This document shows, one piece after another, positions 52,956 through 64,000 of a stretch of 64,000 nucleotides of DNA (within the stretch, counting starts at the first letter, position 1; every line of letters begins with the position of its first letter). This DNA comes from Macrostomum hystrix (Eukaryota; Animalia; Platyhelminthes): the NCBI GenBank assembly GCA_950097015.1, contig CATNEN010000010.1:1798001-1862000 (forward strand), read 5' to 3'. Made by a program: the position numbers and the translations under genes. A model generated the notes under the pieces. The model was not told the DNA's origin. It ran no database searches and saw only the letters and a program-made list of their open reading frames with translations.

Positions 52956-53633
52956 GCTGACCGCATGAGGTTTTTTGCTACTCAAATCCGACCCGACCAA
53001 TTCACGGCCGATTGAGAGTTTCATTTCATTCTATCAAAGTGACAGCAGTTTTTTCACCGTCACGCTTTCTGCTCCGTTACTGCAGCCAGCCAGTTAACCA
53101 ATCAAAGAAGGCCGGGTCCTGGCTCACAGTTCTTCTTGTGAATCGATTTTCAATTCAATTCAAAGTCTTTAAACAAGCGGGTGGCCCGTAGAAATTTAAT
53201 TGTGCTTTTTAATCTGAATATTTGAGTGGAGATTTGCTTCCCCTTTTGAAATGGCAAACTATTTTCTGAATTCGATTCCCCAAAATGCATAAGGTACTTT
53301 CAGACAATGCAGATGCTTTGGGCAATATATTTTCTAACTAAAAGTGCAGCCAAGCGATCTGCAGTATTGCATCGACATGATTTAAACTGCTCACAGCTGT
53401 GAGATCTATGCGACACGCAATGCTCTCTCTCTCTCGGCAATGATCCCTGACCCAGACTGTCGAATTGTCTTGCTGATGGTCTCAAATCAATTCGAATTCT
53501 GATCTGCGCTGGGACGCGTCTTTTGCCAACCCACCCTGGCATTGGCTGTCACGCAGCACAAGAATGTAATAAATGAATGCACAGCCTTGCATCCTCTGCA
53601 AATTAGCTTTTTGGGTATTGGATGAGCCTTGAT

Positions 53634-54411
53634 CTCACACTCACACTCACACTCACACACTAACACACTCACACACTCACACTCACACACTCACACACTC
53701 ACACACTCACCCACTCACACACTCACACTCACACACTCACACTCACACACTCACACACTCACACTCACACACTCACACTCACACACACACACTCACACAC
53801 TCACACTCACACACTCACACTCACACACTCACACATTCACACACTCACACTCACACACTCACACACTCACCCACTCACACACTCACACTCACCCACTCAC
53901 ACACTCACACTCACACACTCACACACTCACACACTCACCCACTCACACACTCACACTCACACACTCACACACTCACACTCACACAGAGACCCACACAAAG
54001 AGACATACAGAGACACACACAGACACACACACACACACACACAGACACACACACACACAGAGACATACAGAGACACACACAGACACACACAGACACACAC
54101 AGACACACACACAGACACACACACACACACAGAGACATACAGAGACACACACAGACACACACAGACACACACAGACACACACACAGACACACACACACAC
54201 ACAGAGACATACAGAGACACACACAGACACACACACAGAGACACACACAGACACACACACAGAGACACACACAGACACACACACAGAGACACACAGAGAC
54301 ACACACAGACACACACACACACACACACAGAGACACACACAAGCACAGAGACACACACAGAGACACACACAGAGACACACACAGAGACACACACAGAGAC
54401 ACACACAAGCA
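53634..54411. repeat. Compound microsatellite: (CACACT)n then (CACAGA/GACA)n
   Basis: The unit switches at ~53985. Confidence 0.95.
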
Positions 54412-54944
54412 CATGTTATCCCTTCTCTGCGGGATAGCTGCTCAGGATGATGACAGGGTGGAAAATAACCGAGTCGATGCAGGCGGTGATGCAGTGGATA
54501 TTGGACAGGCTAAAATCCACCAGCTAGCAATGGGGCCTGCAACTCAGACAGCGTCACTCATGGGAAGATGGGAGTGAGGAAGGCTTACTGTTTTCCCACC
54601 GGGCTAGGGATAAAAATAGCCGAACAAGAGGCGGCTCAATGATGATGTCGCGTGGAGTGGGGAGGCGGTGAAAGCAAGATCCGCAGAAAACTTCTATAGG
54701 CTATCGGGGACGGCAGACCTACTCTGAGTTGAGCCAAGCCAAGGCCTCTATAAAATTGTGAGCAGGCATGAGCAGGGATAAAAAAACGGTTTTATCTGCG
54801 CCACTGTACGCTCTGACATCACAAACCTCACGGACCCTTTTCCATCTGCCCTTCTCTTTAATCAGGCCCTCAACAAACATTGAGTCGAAAACTCACTATC
54901 TATCGTGTCTCTTATACTGATATTCCTTATATTGTTCCTCACAC

Positions 54945-55792
54945 ATTTTTTCACTGATTCAAAGATTCACTAATCCGATGATTCACTAATCCGAAGATTC
55001 ACTAATCCGAAGATTCACTAATCCGAAGATTCACTAATCCGAAGATTCACTAATCCGATGATTCACTGATCCGAAGATTCACTAGTCCGATGATTCACAA
55101 ATCCGAAGATTCACTAATTCGAAGATTCACTAATTCGAAGATTCACAAATCCGATGATTCACAAATCCGATGATTCACAAATCCGAAGATTCACAAATCC
55201 GATGATTCACAAATCCGAAGATTCACTAATCCAAAGATTCACAAATCCGATGATTCACTAATCCGAAGATTAACAAATCCGAAGATTCACTAATCCAAAG
55301 ATTCACAAATCCGATGATTCACTAATCCGAAGATTAACAAATCCGAAGATTCACAATTCCAAGGATTCACAAATCCGATGATTCACAAATCTGGAGATTC
55401 ACTAATCCGATGATTCACTAATCCGAAGATTCAATAATCCGATGATTCACTAATCCGTAGATTATCAAATCCAAAGATTCACTAATCCGAAGATTAACAA
55501 ATCCGAAGATTCACAAATCCAAGGATTCACAAATCCGATGATTCACAAATCTGGAGATTCACTAATCCGATGATTCACTAATCCGAAGATTCAATAATCC
55601 GATGATTCACTAATCCGTAGATTATCAAATCCAAAGATTCTCTAATCCGAAGATTAACAAATCCGAATATTCACAAATCCAAGGATTCACAAATCCAATG
55701 ATTCACTAATACGAATATTTACTAATCCTAAGATTCACTAATTGGATGATTAACTTATCTGGAGATTCACTAATCCGATGATTCACTAATCC
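54945..55792. repeat. 16-bp minisatellite (GAAGATTCACTAATCC), about 52 copies
   Basis: The rare variant CTGGAGATTC occurs at 55391 and 55551, a 160-bp (10-unit) duplication. Confidence 0.93.
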
Positions 55793-56298
55793 ATAGGTTT
55801 AGTAATCCTTGGAGTTACAATCATTAGATTCATTAATTATTCATTCGTTGATTTATTAACCTGTTCCTTCTATAATCAGATGGTTAAACGATTCATTTAA
55901 AGACACGAAAGCAATGGTCAAAGCATTGAAAGTATTCGAATGTGGTGCAAAACTTATGCACTGCTCACAAAATCACAAACTACAAGTAACTAGCCGAAAA
56001 TTGTCTTTAGAATTGCACTCACAGCTGAGACAAGCACTAATTCAGGACTGTCTAATTACCCATCGAAACGTGAACAAAGATAAAATTCTTTGTTTCACTG
56101 TGGCTAGAACCTCATGCGAACTGCTCGTAAACTAAAACGGATTAACGGTAATCCGACACGAAGAAATCAGATTAACAAGGCCAGGAGGTCCTAATCGGAT
56201 GAAAAGGTGAAATCTCTGGGAAATTTCCCTGAAATCGAAGTAGGATCTGATCCGCCTATGATACGAGCTATGAATGTGGTACAGTGAAACATTTACGA

Positions 56299-59200
56299 AG
56301 AGACAGGATGAGATAGTGGGAGACAGGATGAGAGAGTGAGAGACAGGATGAGAGAGTGAGAGACAGGATGGGAGAGTGAGAGACAGGATGGGAGAGTGAG
56401 AGACAGGATGGGAGAGTGAGAGACAGGATGGGAGAGTGAGAGACAGGATGGGAGAGTGAGAGACAGGATGAGAGAGTGAGAGACAGGATGGGAGAGTGAG
56501 AGACAGGATGAGATTGTGAGAGACAGGATGAGATAGTGAGAGACAGGATGGGAGAGTGAGAGACAGGATGGGAGAGTGAGAGACAGGATGAGATAGTGAG
56601 AGACAGGATGAGAGAGTGAGAGACAGGATGAGAGAGTGAGAGACAGGATGAGAGAGTGAGAGACAGGATGAGAGAGTGAGAGACAGGATGAGATAGTGAG
56701 AGACAGGATGAGAGAGTGAGAGACAGGATGAGATAGTGAGAGACAGGATGAGAGAGTGAGAGACAGGATGAGAGAGTGAGAGACAGGATGGGAGAGTGAG
56801 AGACAGGATGGGAGAGTGAGAGACAGGATGAGAGAGTGAGAGACAGGATGAGAGAGTGAGAGACAGGATGGGAGAGTGAGAGACAGGATGAGATAGTGAG
56901 AGACAGGATGAGAGAGTGAGAGACAGGATGAGAGAGTGAGAGACAGGATGAGATAGTGAGAGACAGGATGAGAGAGTCGCAGAGACAGGATGAGATAGTG
57001 AGAGACAGGATGGGATAGTGAGAGACAGGATGAGATAGTGAGAGACAGGATGAGATAGTGAGAGACAGGATGGAGAGTGAGAGACAGGATGAGATAGTGA
57101 GAGACAGGATGGGAGAGTGAGAGACAGGATGGGAGAGTGAGAGACAGGATGAGAGAGTGAGAGACAGAATGAGAGAGTGAGAGACAGGATGGGAGAGTGA
57201 GAGACAGGATGGGAGAGTGAGAGACAGGATGAGATAGTGAGAGACAGGATGGGAGAGTGAGAGACAGGATGAGATAGTGAGAGACAGGATGAGATAGTGA
57301 GAGACAGGATGGGATAGTGAGAGACAGGATGGGAGAGTGAGAGACAGAATGAGAGAGTGAGAGACAGGATGGGATAGTGAGAGACAGGATGGGAGAGTGA
57401 GAGACAGGATGAGATTGTGAGAGACAGGATGAGAGAGTGAGAGACAGGATGGGAGAGTGAGAGACAGGATGAAAGAGTGAGAGACAGGATGAGAGAGTGA
57501 GAGACAGGATGAGATAGTGAGAGACAGGATGAGATAGTGAGAGACAGGATGAGATAGTGAGAGACAGGATGAGATAGTGAGAGACAGGATGAGAGAGTCG
57601 CAGAGACAGGATGAGATAGTGAGAGACAGGATGAGAGAGTGAGAGACAGGATGAGAGAGTGAGAGACAGGATGAGATAGTGAGAGACAGGATGAGAGAGT
57701 GAGAGACAGGATGAGATAGTGAGAGACAGGATGAAAGAGTGAGAGACAGGATGAGAGAGTGAGAGACAGAATGAGAGAGTGAGAGACAGGATGGGAGAGT
57801 GAGAGACAGGATGGGAGAGTGAGAGACAGTATGAGATAGTGAGAGTCAGGATGAGATAGTGAGAGACAAGATGGGAGAGTGAGAGACAAGATGAGAGAGT
57901 TGCAGAGAGAGACAGGATGAGATAGTGAGAGACAGGATGAGAGAGTGAGAGACAGGATGGGATAGTGAGAGACAGGATGGGAGAGTGAGAGACAGAATGA
58001 GAGAGTGAGAGACAGGATGGGATAGTGAGAGACAGGATGGGAGAGTGAGAGACAGGATGAGATTGTGAGAGACAGGATGAGAGAGTGAGAGACAGGATGG
58101 GAGAGTGAGAGACAGGATGAAAGAGTGAGAGACAGGATGAGAGAGTGAGAGACAGGATGAGATAGTGAGAGACAGGATGGGAGAGTGAGAGACAGGATGA
58201 GAGAGTGAGAGACAGAATGAGAGAGTGAGAGACAGGATGAGATAGTGAGAGACAGGATGGGAGAGTGAGAGACAGGATGAGAGAGTGAGAGACAGAATGA
58301 GAGAGTGAGAGACAGGATGAGATAGTGAGAGACAGGATGGGAGAGTGAGAGACAGGATGAGAGAGTGAGAGACAGAATGAGAGAGTGAGAGACAGGATGG
58401 GAGAGTGAGAGACAGGATGGGAGAGTGAGAGACAGGATGAGATAGTGAGAGACAGGATGGGAGAGTGAGAGACAGGATGGGAGAGTGAGAGACAGTATGA
58501 GATAGTGAGAGTCAGGGTGGGAGAGTGAGAGACAGGATGGGAGAGTGAGAGACAGGATGGGAGAGTGAGAGACAGGATGGGAGAGTGAGAGACAGGATGG
58601 GAGAGTGAGAGAAAGGATGGGAGAGTGAGAGACAGGATGAGAGAGTGAGAGACAGGATGAGAGAGTGAGAGACAGGATGGGAGAGTGAGAGACAGGATGA
58701 AAGAGTGAGAGACAGGATGAGAGAGTGAGAGACAGGATGAGATAGTGAGAGACAGGATGGGAGAGTGAGAGACAGGATGAGAGAGTGAGAGACAGAATGA
58801 GAGAGTGAGAGACAGGATGAGATAGTGAGAGACAGGATGGGAGAGTGAGAGACAGGATGAGAGAGTGAGAGACAGAATGAGAGAGTGAGAGACAGGATGG
58901 GAGAGTGAGAGACAGGATGGGAGAGTGAGAGACAGGATGAGAGAGTGAGAGACAGAATGAGAGAGTGAGAGACAGGATGGGAGAGTGAGAGACAGGATGG
59001 GAGAGTGAGAGACAGGATGAGATAGTGAGAGACAGGATGGGAGAGTGAGAGACAGGATGAGATAGTGAGAGACAGGATGAGATAGTGAGAGACAGGATGG
59101 GAGAGTGAGAGACAGGATGGGAGAGTGAGAGACAGGATGAGATAGTGAGAGACAGGATGGGAGAGTGAGAGACAGGATGGGAGAGTGAGAGACAGGATGG

Positions 59201-62200
59201 GAGAGTGAGAGACAGGATGGGAGAGTGAGAGACAGGATGAGATAGTGAGAGACAGGATGGGAGAGTGAGAGACAGTATGAGATAGTGAGAGTCAGGGTGG
59301 GAGAGTGAGAGACAGGATGGGAGAGTGAGAGACAGGATGGGAGAGTGAGAGACAGGATGGGAGAGTGAGAGACAGGATGGCAGAGTGAGAGTGAGGATGG
59401 GAGAGTGAGAGACAGAATGAGAGAGTGAGAGACAGGATGAGAGAGTGAGAGACAGAATGAGAGAGTGAGAGACAGGATGAGAGAGTGAGAGACAGGATGA
59501 GATAGTGAGAGACAGGATGGGAGAGTGAGAGACAGGATGGGAGAGTGAGAGACAGGATGGGAGAGTGAGAGACAGGATGGGAGAGTGAGAGACAGAATGA
59601 GAGAGTGAGAGAAAGGATGAGATAGTGAGAGACAGGATGAGATAGTGAGACACAGGATGAGATAGTGAGAGAAAGGATGAGATAGTGAGAGACAGGATGA
59701 GATAGTGAGAGACAGGATGAGAGAGTGAGAGACAGAATGAGAGAGTGATAGACAGGATGGGAGAGTGAGAGACAGGATGAGATAGTGAGAGACAGGATGA
59801 GATAGTGAGAGAAAGGATGAGATAGTGAGAGACAGGATGAGATAGTGAGAGACAGGATGAGATAGTGAGAGAAAGGATGAGATAGTGAGAGACAGGATGA
59901 GATAGTGAGAGACAGGATGGGAGAGTGAGAGACAGGATGGGAGAGTGAGAGACAGGATGGGAGAGTGAGAGACAGGATGGGAGAGTGAGAGACAGAATGA
60001 GAGAGTGAGAGACAGGATGGGATAGTGAGAGACAGGATGGGAGAGTGAGAGACAGGATGGAGAGTGAGAGACAGGATGAGATAGTGAGAGACAGGATGGG
60101 AGAGTGAGAGACAGGATGAGAGAGTGAGAGACAGGATGAGATAGTGAGAGACAGGATGGGAGAGTGAGAGACAGGATGAGATAGTGAGAGACAGGATGGG
60201 AGAGTGAGAGACAGGATGAGAGAGTGAGAGACAGGATGAGATAGTGAGAGACAGGATGGGAGAGTGAGAGACAGGATGGAGAGTGAGAGACAGGATGAGA
60301 TAGTGAGAGACAGGATGGGAGAGTGAGAGACAGGATGAGATAGTGAGAGACAGGATGAGAGAGTGAGAGACAGGATGAGAGAGTGAGAGACAGGATGAGA
60401 TAGTGAGAGACAGGATGGGAGAGTGAGAGACAGGATGGAGAGTGAGAGACAGGATGAGATAGTGAGAGACAGGATGGGAGAGTGAGAGACAGGATGAGAG
60501 AGTGAGAGACAGGATGAGATAGTGAGAGACAGGATGGAGAGTGAGAGACAGGATGAGATAGTGAGAGACAGGATGAGAGAGTGAGAGACAGGATGGAGAG
60601 TGAGAGACAGGATGAGATAGTGAGAGACAGGATGGGAGAGTGAGAGACAGGATGAGAGAGTGAGAGACAGGATGAGATAGTGAGAGACAGGATGGAGAGT
60701 GAGAGACAGGATGAGATAGTGAGAGACAGGATGAGATAGTGAGAGACAGGATGAGATAGTGAGAGACAGGATGAGATAGTGAGAGACAGGATGGAGAGTG
60801 AGAGACAGGATGAGATAGTGAGAGACAGGATGGGAGAGTGAGAGACAGGATGAGATAGTGAGAGACAGGATGAGAGAGTGAGAGACAGGATGAGATAGTG
60901 AGAGACAGGATGGGAGAGTGAGAGACAGTATGAGAGAGTCGCAGAGACAGGATGAGATAGTGAGAGACAGGATGAGATAGTGAGAGACAGGATGAGAGAG
61001 TGAGAGACAGAATGAGAGAGTGATAGACAGGATGGGAGAGTGAGAGACAGGATGAGATAGTGAGAGACAGGATGAGAGAGTGAGAGACAGGATGAGATAG
61101 TGAGAGACAGGATGGGAGAGTGAGAGACAGGATGAGAGAGTCGCAGAGACAGGATGAGATAGTGAGAGACAGGATGAGATAGTGAGAGACAGGATGAGAG
61201 AGTGAGAGACAGAATGAGAGAGTGATAGACAGGATGGGAGAGTGAGAGACAGGATGAGATAGTGAGAGACAGGATGAGATAGTGAGAGAAAGGATGAGAT
61301 AGTGAGAGACAGGATGAGATAGTGAGAGACAGGATGAGATAGTGAGAGAAAGGATGAGATAGTGAGAGACAGGATGAGATAGTGAGAGACAGGATGGGAG
61401 AGTGAGAGACAGGATGGGAGAGTGAGAGACAGGATGGGAGAGTGAGAGACAGGATGGGAGAGTGAGAGACAGAATGAGAGAGTGAGAGACAGGATGGGAT
61501 AGTGAGAGACAGGATGGGAGAGTGAGAGACAGGATGGAGAGTGAGAGACAGGATGAGATAGTGAGAGACAGGATGGGAGAGTGAGAGACAGGATGAGAGA
61601 GTGAGAGACAGGATGAGATAGTGAGAGACAGGATGGGAGAGTGAGAGACAGGATGAGATAGTGAGAGACAGGATGGGAGAGTGAGAGACAGGATGAGAGA
61701 GTGAGAGACAGGATGAGATAGTGAGAGACAGGATGGGAGAGTGAGAGACAGGATGGAGAGTGAGAGACAGGATGAGATAGTGAGAGACAGGATGGGAGAG
61801 TGAGAGACAGGATGAGATAGTGAGAGACAGGATGAGAGAGTGAGAGACAGGATGAGAGAGTGAGAGACAGGATGAGATAGTGAGAGACAGGATGGGAGAG
61901 TGAGAGACAGGATGGAGAGTGAGAGACAGGATGAGATAGTGAGAGACAGGATGGGAGAGTGAGAGACAGGATGAGAGAGTGAGAGACAGGATGAGATAGT
62001 GAGAGACAGGATGGAGAGTGAGAGACAGGATGAGATAGTGAGAGACAGGATGAGAGAGTGAGAGACAGGATGGAGAGTGAGAGACAGGATGAGATAGTGA
62101 GAGACAGGATGGGAGAGTGAGAGACAGGATGAGAGAGTGAGAGACAGGATGAGATAGTGAGAGACAGGATGGAGAGTGAGAGACAGGATGAGATAGTGAG

Positions 62201-63651
62201 AGACAGGATGAGATAGTGAGAGACAGGATGAGATAGTGAGAGACAGGATGAGATAGTGAGAGACAGGATGGAGAGTGAGAGACAGGATGAGATAGTGAGA
62301 GACAGGATGGGAGAGTGAGAGACAGGATGAGATAGTGAGAGACAGGATGAGAGAGTGAGAGACAGGATGAGATAGTGAGAGACAGGATGAGATAGTGAGA
62401 GACAGGATGGAGAGTGAGAGACAGGATGAGATAGTGAGAGACAGGATGGAGAGTGAGAGACAGGATGAGATAGTGAGAGACAGGATGAGATAGTGAGAGA
62501 CAGGATGAGATAGTGAGAGACAGGATGAGATAGTGAGAGACAGGATGGAGAGTGAGAGACAGGATGAGATAGTGAGAGACAGGATGAGATAGTGAGAGAC
62601 AGGATGGAGAGTGAGAGACAGGATGAGATAGTGAGAGACAGGATGAGATAGTGAGAGACAGGATGAGAGAGTGAGAGACAGGATGAGAGAGTGAGAGACA
62701 GGATGAGATAGTGAGAGACAGGATGAGAGAGTCGCAGAGACAGGATGAGATAGTGAGAGACAGGATGGGATAGTGAGAGACAGGATGAGATAGTGAGAGA
62801 CAGGATGAGATAGTGAGAGACAGGATGGAGAGTGAGAGACAGGATGAGATAGTGAGAGACAGGATGGGAGAGTGAGAGACAGGATGGGAGAGTGAGAGAC
62901 AGGATGAGAGAGTGAGAGACAGAATGAGAGAGTGAGAGACAGGATGGGAGAGTGAGAGACAGGATGGGAGAGTGAGAGACAGGATGAGATAGTGAGAGAC
63001 AGGATGGGAGAGTGAGAGACAGGATGAGATAGTGAGAGACAGGATGAGATAGTGAGAGACAGGATGGGATAGTGAGAGACAGGATGGGAGAGTGAGAGAC
63101 AGAATGAGAGAGTGAGAGACAGGATGGGATAGTGAGAGACAGGATGGGAGAGTGAGAGACAGGATGAGATTGTGAGAGACAGGATGAGAGAGTGAGAGAC
63201 AGGATGGGAGAGTGAGAGACAGGATGAAAGAGTGAGAGACAGGATGAGAGAGTGAGAGACAGGATGAGATAGTGAGAGACAGGATGAGATAGTGAGAGAC
63301 AGGATGAGATAGTGAGAGACAGGATGAGATAGTGAGAGACAGGATGAGAGAGTCGCAGAGACAGGATGAGATAGTGAGAGACAGGATGAGAGAGTGAGAG
63401 ACAGGATGAGAGAGTGAGAGACAGGATGAGATAGTGAGAGACAGGATGAGAGAGTGAGAGACAGGATGAGATAGTGAGAGACAGGATGAGATAGTGAGAG
63501 ACAGGATGAGAGAGTGAGAGACAGGATGAGAGAGTGAGAGACAGGATGAGATAGTGAGAGACAGGATGAGATAGTGAGAGACAGGATGAGATAGTGAGAG
63601 ACAGGATGGGAGAGTGCGAGACAGGATGAGAGAGTCGCAGAGAGAGAGACA
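56299..63651. repeat. 20-bp satellite (GAGACAGGATGAGAGAGTGA), about 7.35 kb, about 367 copies
   Basis: Direct inspection. Diagnostic variants repeat at ~1.48 kb and 5755 bp offsets. Confidence 0.98.
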
Positions 63652-64000
63652 GGTTCATTGCGACAGGTTGAATATTTTGGGAGATACAGAAAACTGTCAA
63701 ATGTGGGTGTTTGAAATACCCCGCATTGGTATTTATATTGTTGAGGACGGTGAAAAATCCCTTCAATAGGAAGTGACTCCATCTCAGATTTCAGCGGGTG
63801 CGACTGTAATTTGTAGGGCTTACAGGTCCCTGGCAGGCACGTATATTAGCTTGCTCTAAAGACTGGTTGATTTCAACAATGCCTTTGTGAGGCTTGAGTC
63901 AATTATAATGCGGATAATTGCACATGCTTGCACGAATTAGCCTAAAAGCTTCATAGTGCACTTTCTGATTGCCACTATCTGCACACCGCATCATGCCCTA

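Noticed and set aside
49489-54450. ORFs over the CATTACA, G-rich and CA-rich arrays
   Set aside because: Repeat-derived low-complexity translations.
56132-63782. 2544-aa and 1496-aa ORFs
   Set aside because: Stop-free strand of the 20-bp satellite; 1-bp indel units shift frames freely.

Overview
Eukaryotic (animal) genomic DNA with spliceosomal GT-AG introns. About 60-65% of the window (my rough sum, ~40 kb) is micro/minisatellite. The GC-rich exons, short introns and dense 14-30 bp minisatellites resemble the flatworm Macrostomum lignano, but that is an inference and not verified. Supported genes: an intronless N-acylated globin X-like gene (4133-4714 +), a secreted Cys-rich/LamG-like gene (14543-15496 -) with a tail-to-tail, 5'-truncated, frameshifted paralog (13313-14180 +), a neuronal-calcium-sensor-like EF-hand gene missing one EF-hand unit (36629-37120 -), and an 11-exon TTLL3/8 tubulin glycylase (41166-45291 -). 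There are also two orphan ORFs (47256-47813 -, 52506-52955 +) and two TTAA-flanked non-autonomous DNA elements. An 18-kb 29-bp satellite and a 7-kb 20-bp satellite show higher-order structure. The best candidate for an unusual system is the LamG pair: a ~99% identical 483-bp inverted repeat covers the shared 5' half, and two ~40-45% identical alternative C-terminal halves lie between the arms, as in an invertible or gene-conversion cassette. The very long ORFs in the track are stop-free repeat translations. All alignments and counts were done by eye.
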